Virus record (IMG/VR): IMGVR_UViG_3300031943_000020
Direction: 5' to 3' (one strand)
DNA: 25,491 nucleotides
Source: an uncultured virus (IMG/VR IMGVR_UViG_3300031943_000020)
Lineage: Duplodnaviria > Heunggongvirae > Uroviricota > Caudoviricetes
The translations under genes and the position numbers were made by a program. Of this stretch, positions 25,243 to 25,491 are shown piece by piece. Within the stretch, counting starts at the first letter, position 1, and each line of letters opens with the position of its first letter. Below the pieces are notes generated by a model. That model worked only from the letters and a program-made list of their open reading frames with translations. It was not told where the DNA came from and did no database searches.

Positions 25243-25455
25243 ATGCCCGATCCTACGAACCTGGAACAGATCCAGGAACAGAAAGCTCAGGAAAGCCACA
25301 GGGCCTTTAAGCGCGGGGCCGTCCGCAACGCCATCATCGCGCTAGACCTGGCCTATAACGGTATCGCCGAGGACTACCCAACGCTGGTAGTGCGGCTGCG
25401 CGACTTGCTCGAGAAGGAATTGGCCACCCTGACTGCGCCACCGAAGGGCAAGTAA
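25243..25455 (+). CDS. Hypothetical protein
   Basis: SD GGGAG before ATG 25243 (MPDPTNLE...). Confidence 0.6.
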   Translation: MPDPTNLEQIQEQKAQESHRAFKRGAVRNAIIALDLAYNGIAEDYPTLVVRLRDLLEKELATLTAPPKGK

Positions 25456-25491
25456 ATGGGGCTCCTCCTGCTCATCGTGTTGATCGTCCTG
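25456..25491 (+). CDS. Partial small membrane protein (runs off window)
   Basis: ATG abuts the previous TAA; MGLLLLIVLIVL. Confidence 0.45.
   Translation, partial: MGLLLLIVLIVL

Larger units (their letters stand above)
12519..25491. mobile_element. Tailed-phage region: early leftward operon, divergent switch, DNA modification, packaging and portal genes (continues past window end)
   Basis: Terminase + portal pair, phage-like small early genes, divergent promoters with an XRE gene. Confidence 0.88.

Noticed and set aside
1..25491. Genome-wide TAG reassignment, CRISPR array, tRNA or rRNA genes
   Set aside because: TAG occurs at natural gene ends, not inside conserved domains; no regularly spaced repeats or cloverleaf/rRNA-like sequence were seen.

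Overview
GC-rich window that joins two kinds of mobile-element machinery with no integrase, att site or host gene visible between them. Left (about 1-12450, + strand): a partial XRE regulator, then one tightly coupled conjugation operon. It holds a TraD/MobC-like protein, a MOBQ (MobA/MobL) relaxase, a VirD4/TraG coupling protein and a P-type (trb) T4SS (trbC, D, E, J, L, F, I, G), plus several unknown membrane, lipo- and secreted proteins. The T4SS looks systematically reduced: no TrbB/VirB11, a shortened TrbE, a TrbG lacking its C-terminal domain and an atypical Walker B in the coupling protein. Middle (12519-16464, - strand): a phage-type early operon of small genes, including two paralogous SWIM zinc-finger proteins, one fused to a probable single-strand annealing domain. 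It is driven by back-to-back sigma70 promoters at 16726-16789. Right (+ strand): a second XRE regulator paralogous to the first, small Zn-binding ORFs, an 866-aa ParB / amino-DNA-methyltransferase with a PLP-dependent (fold type II) enzyme domain inserted inside the MTase, then small terminase, large terminase, DUF4055-type portal and small head-region ORFs. Best reading (inference): a tailed phage, prophage or phage-plasmid carrying its own conjugation system and a candidate novel DNA-modification enzyme. All family calls are by-eye motif recognition; no searches were run.
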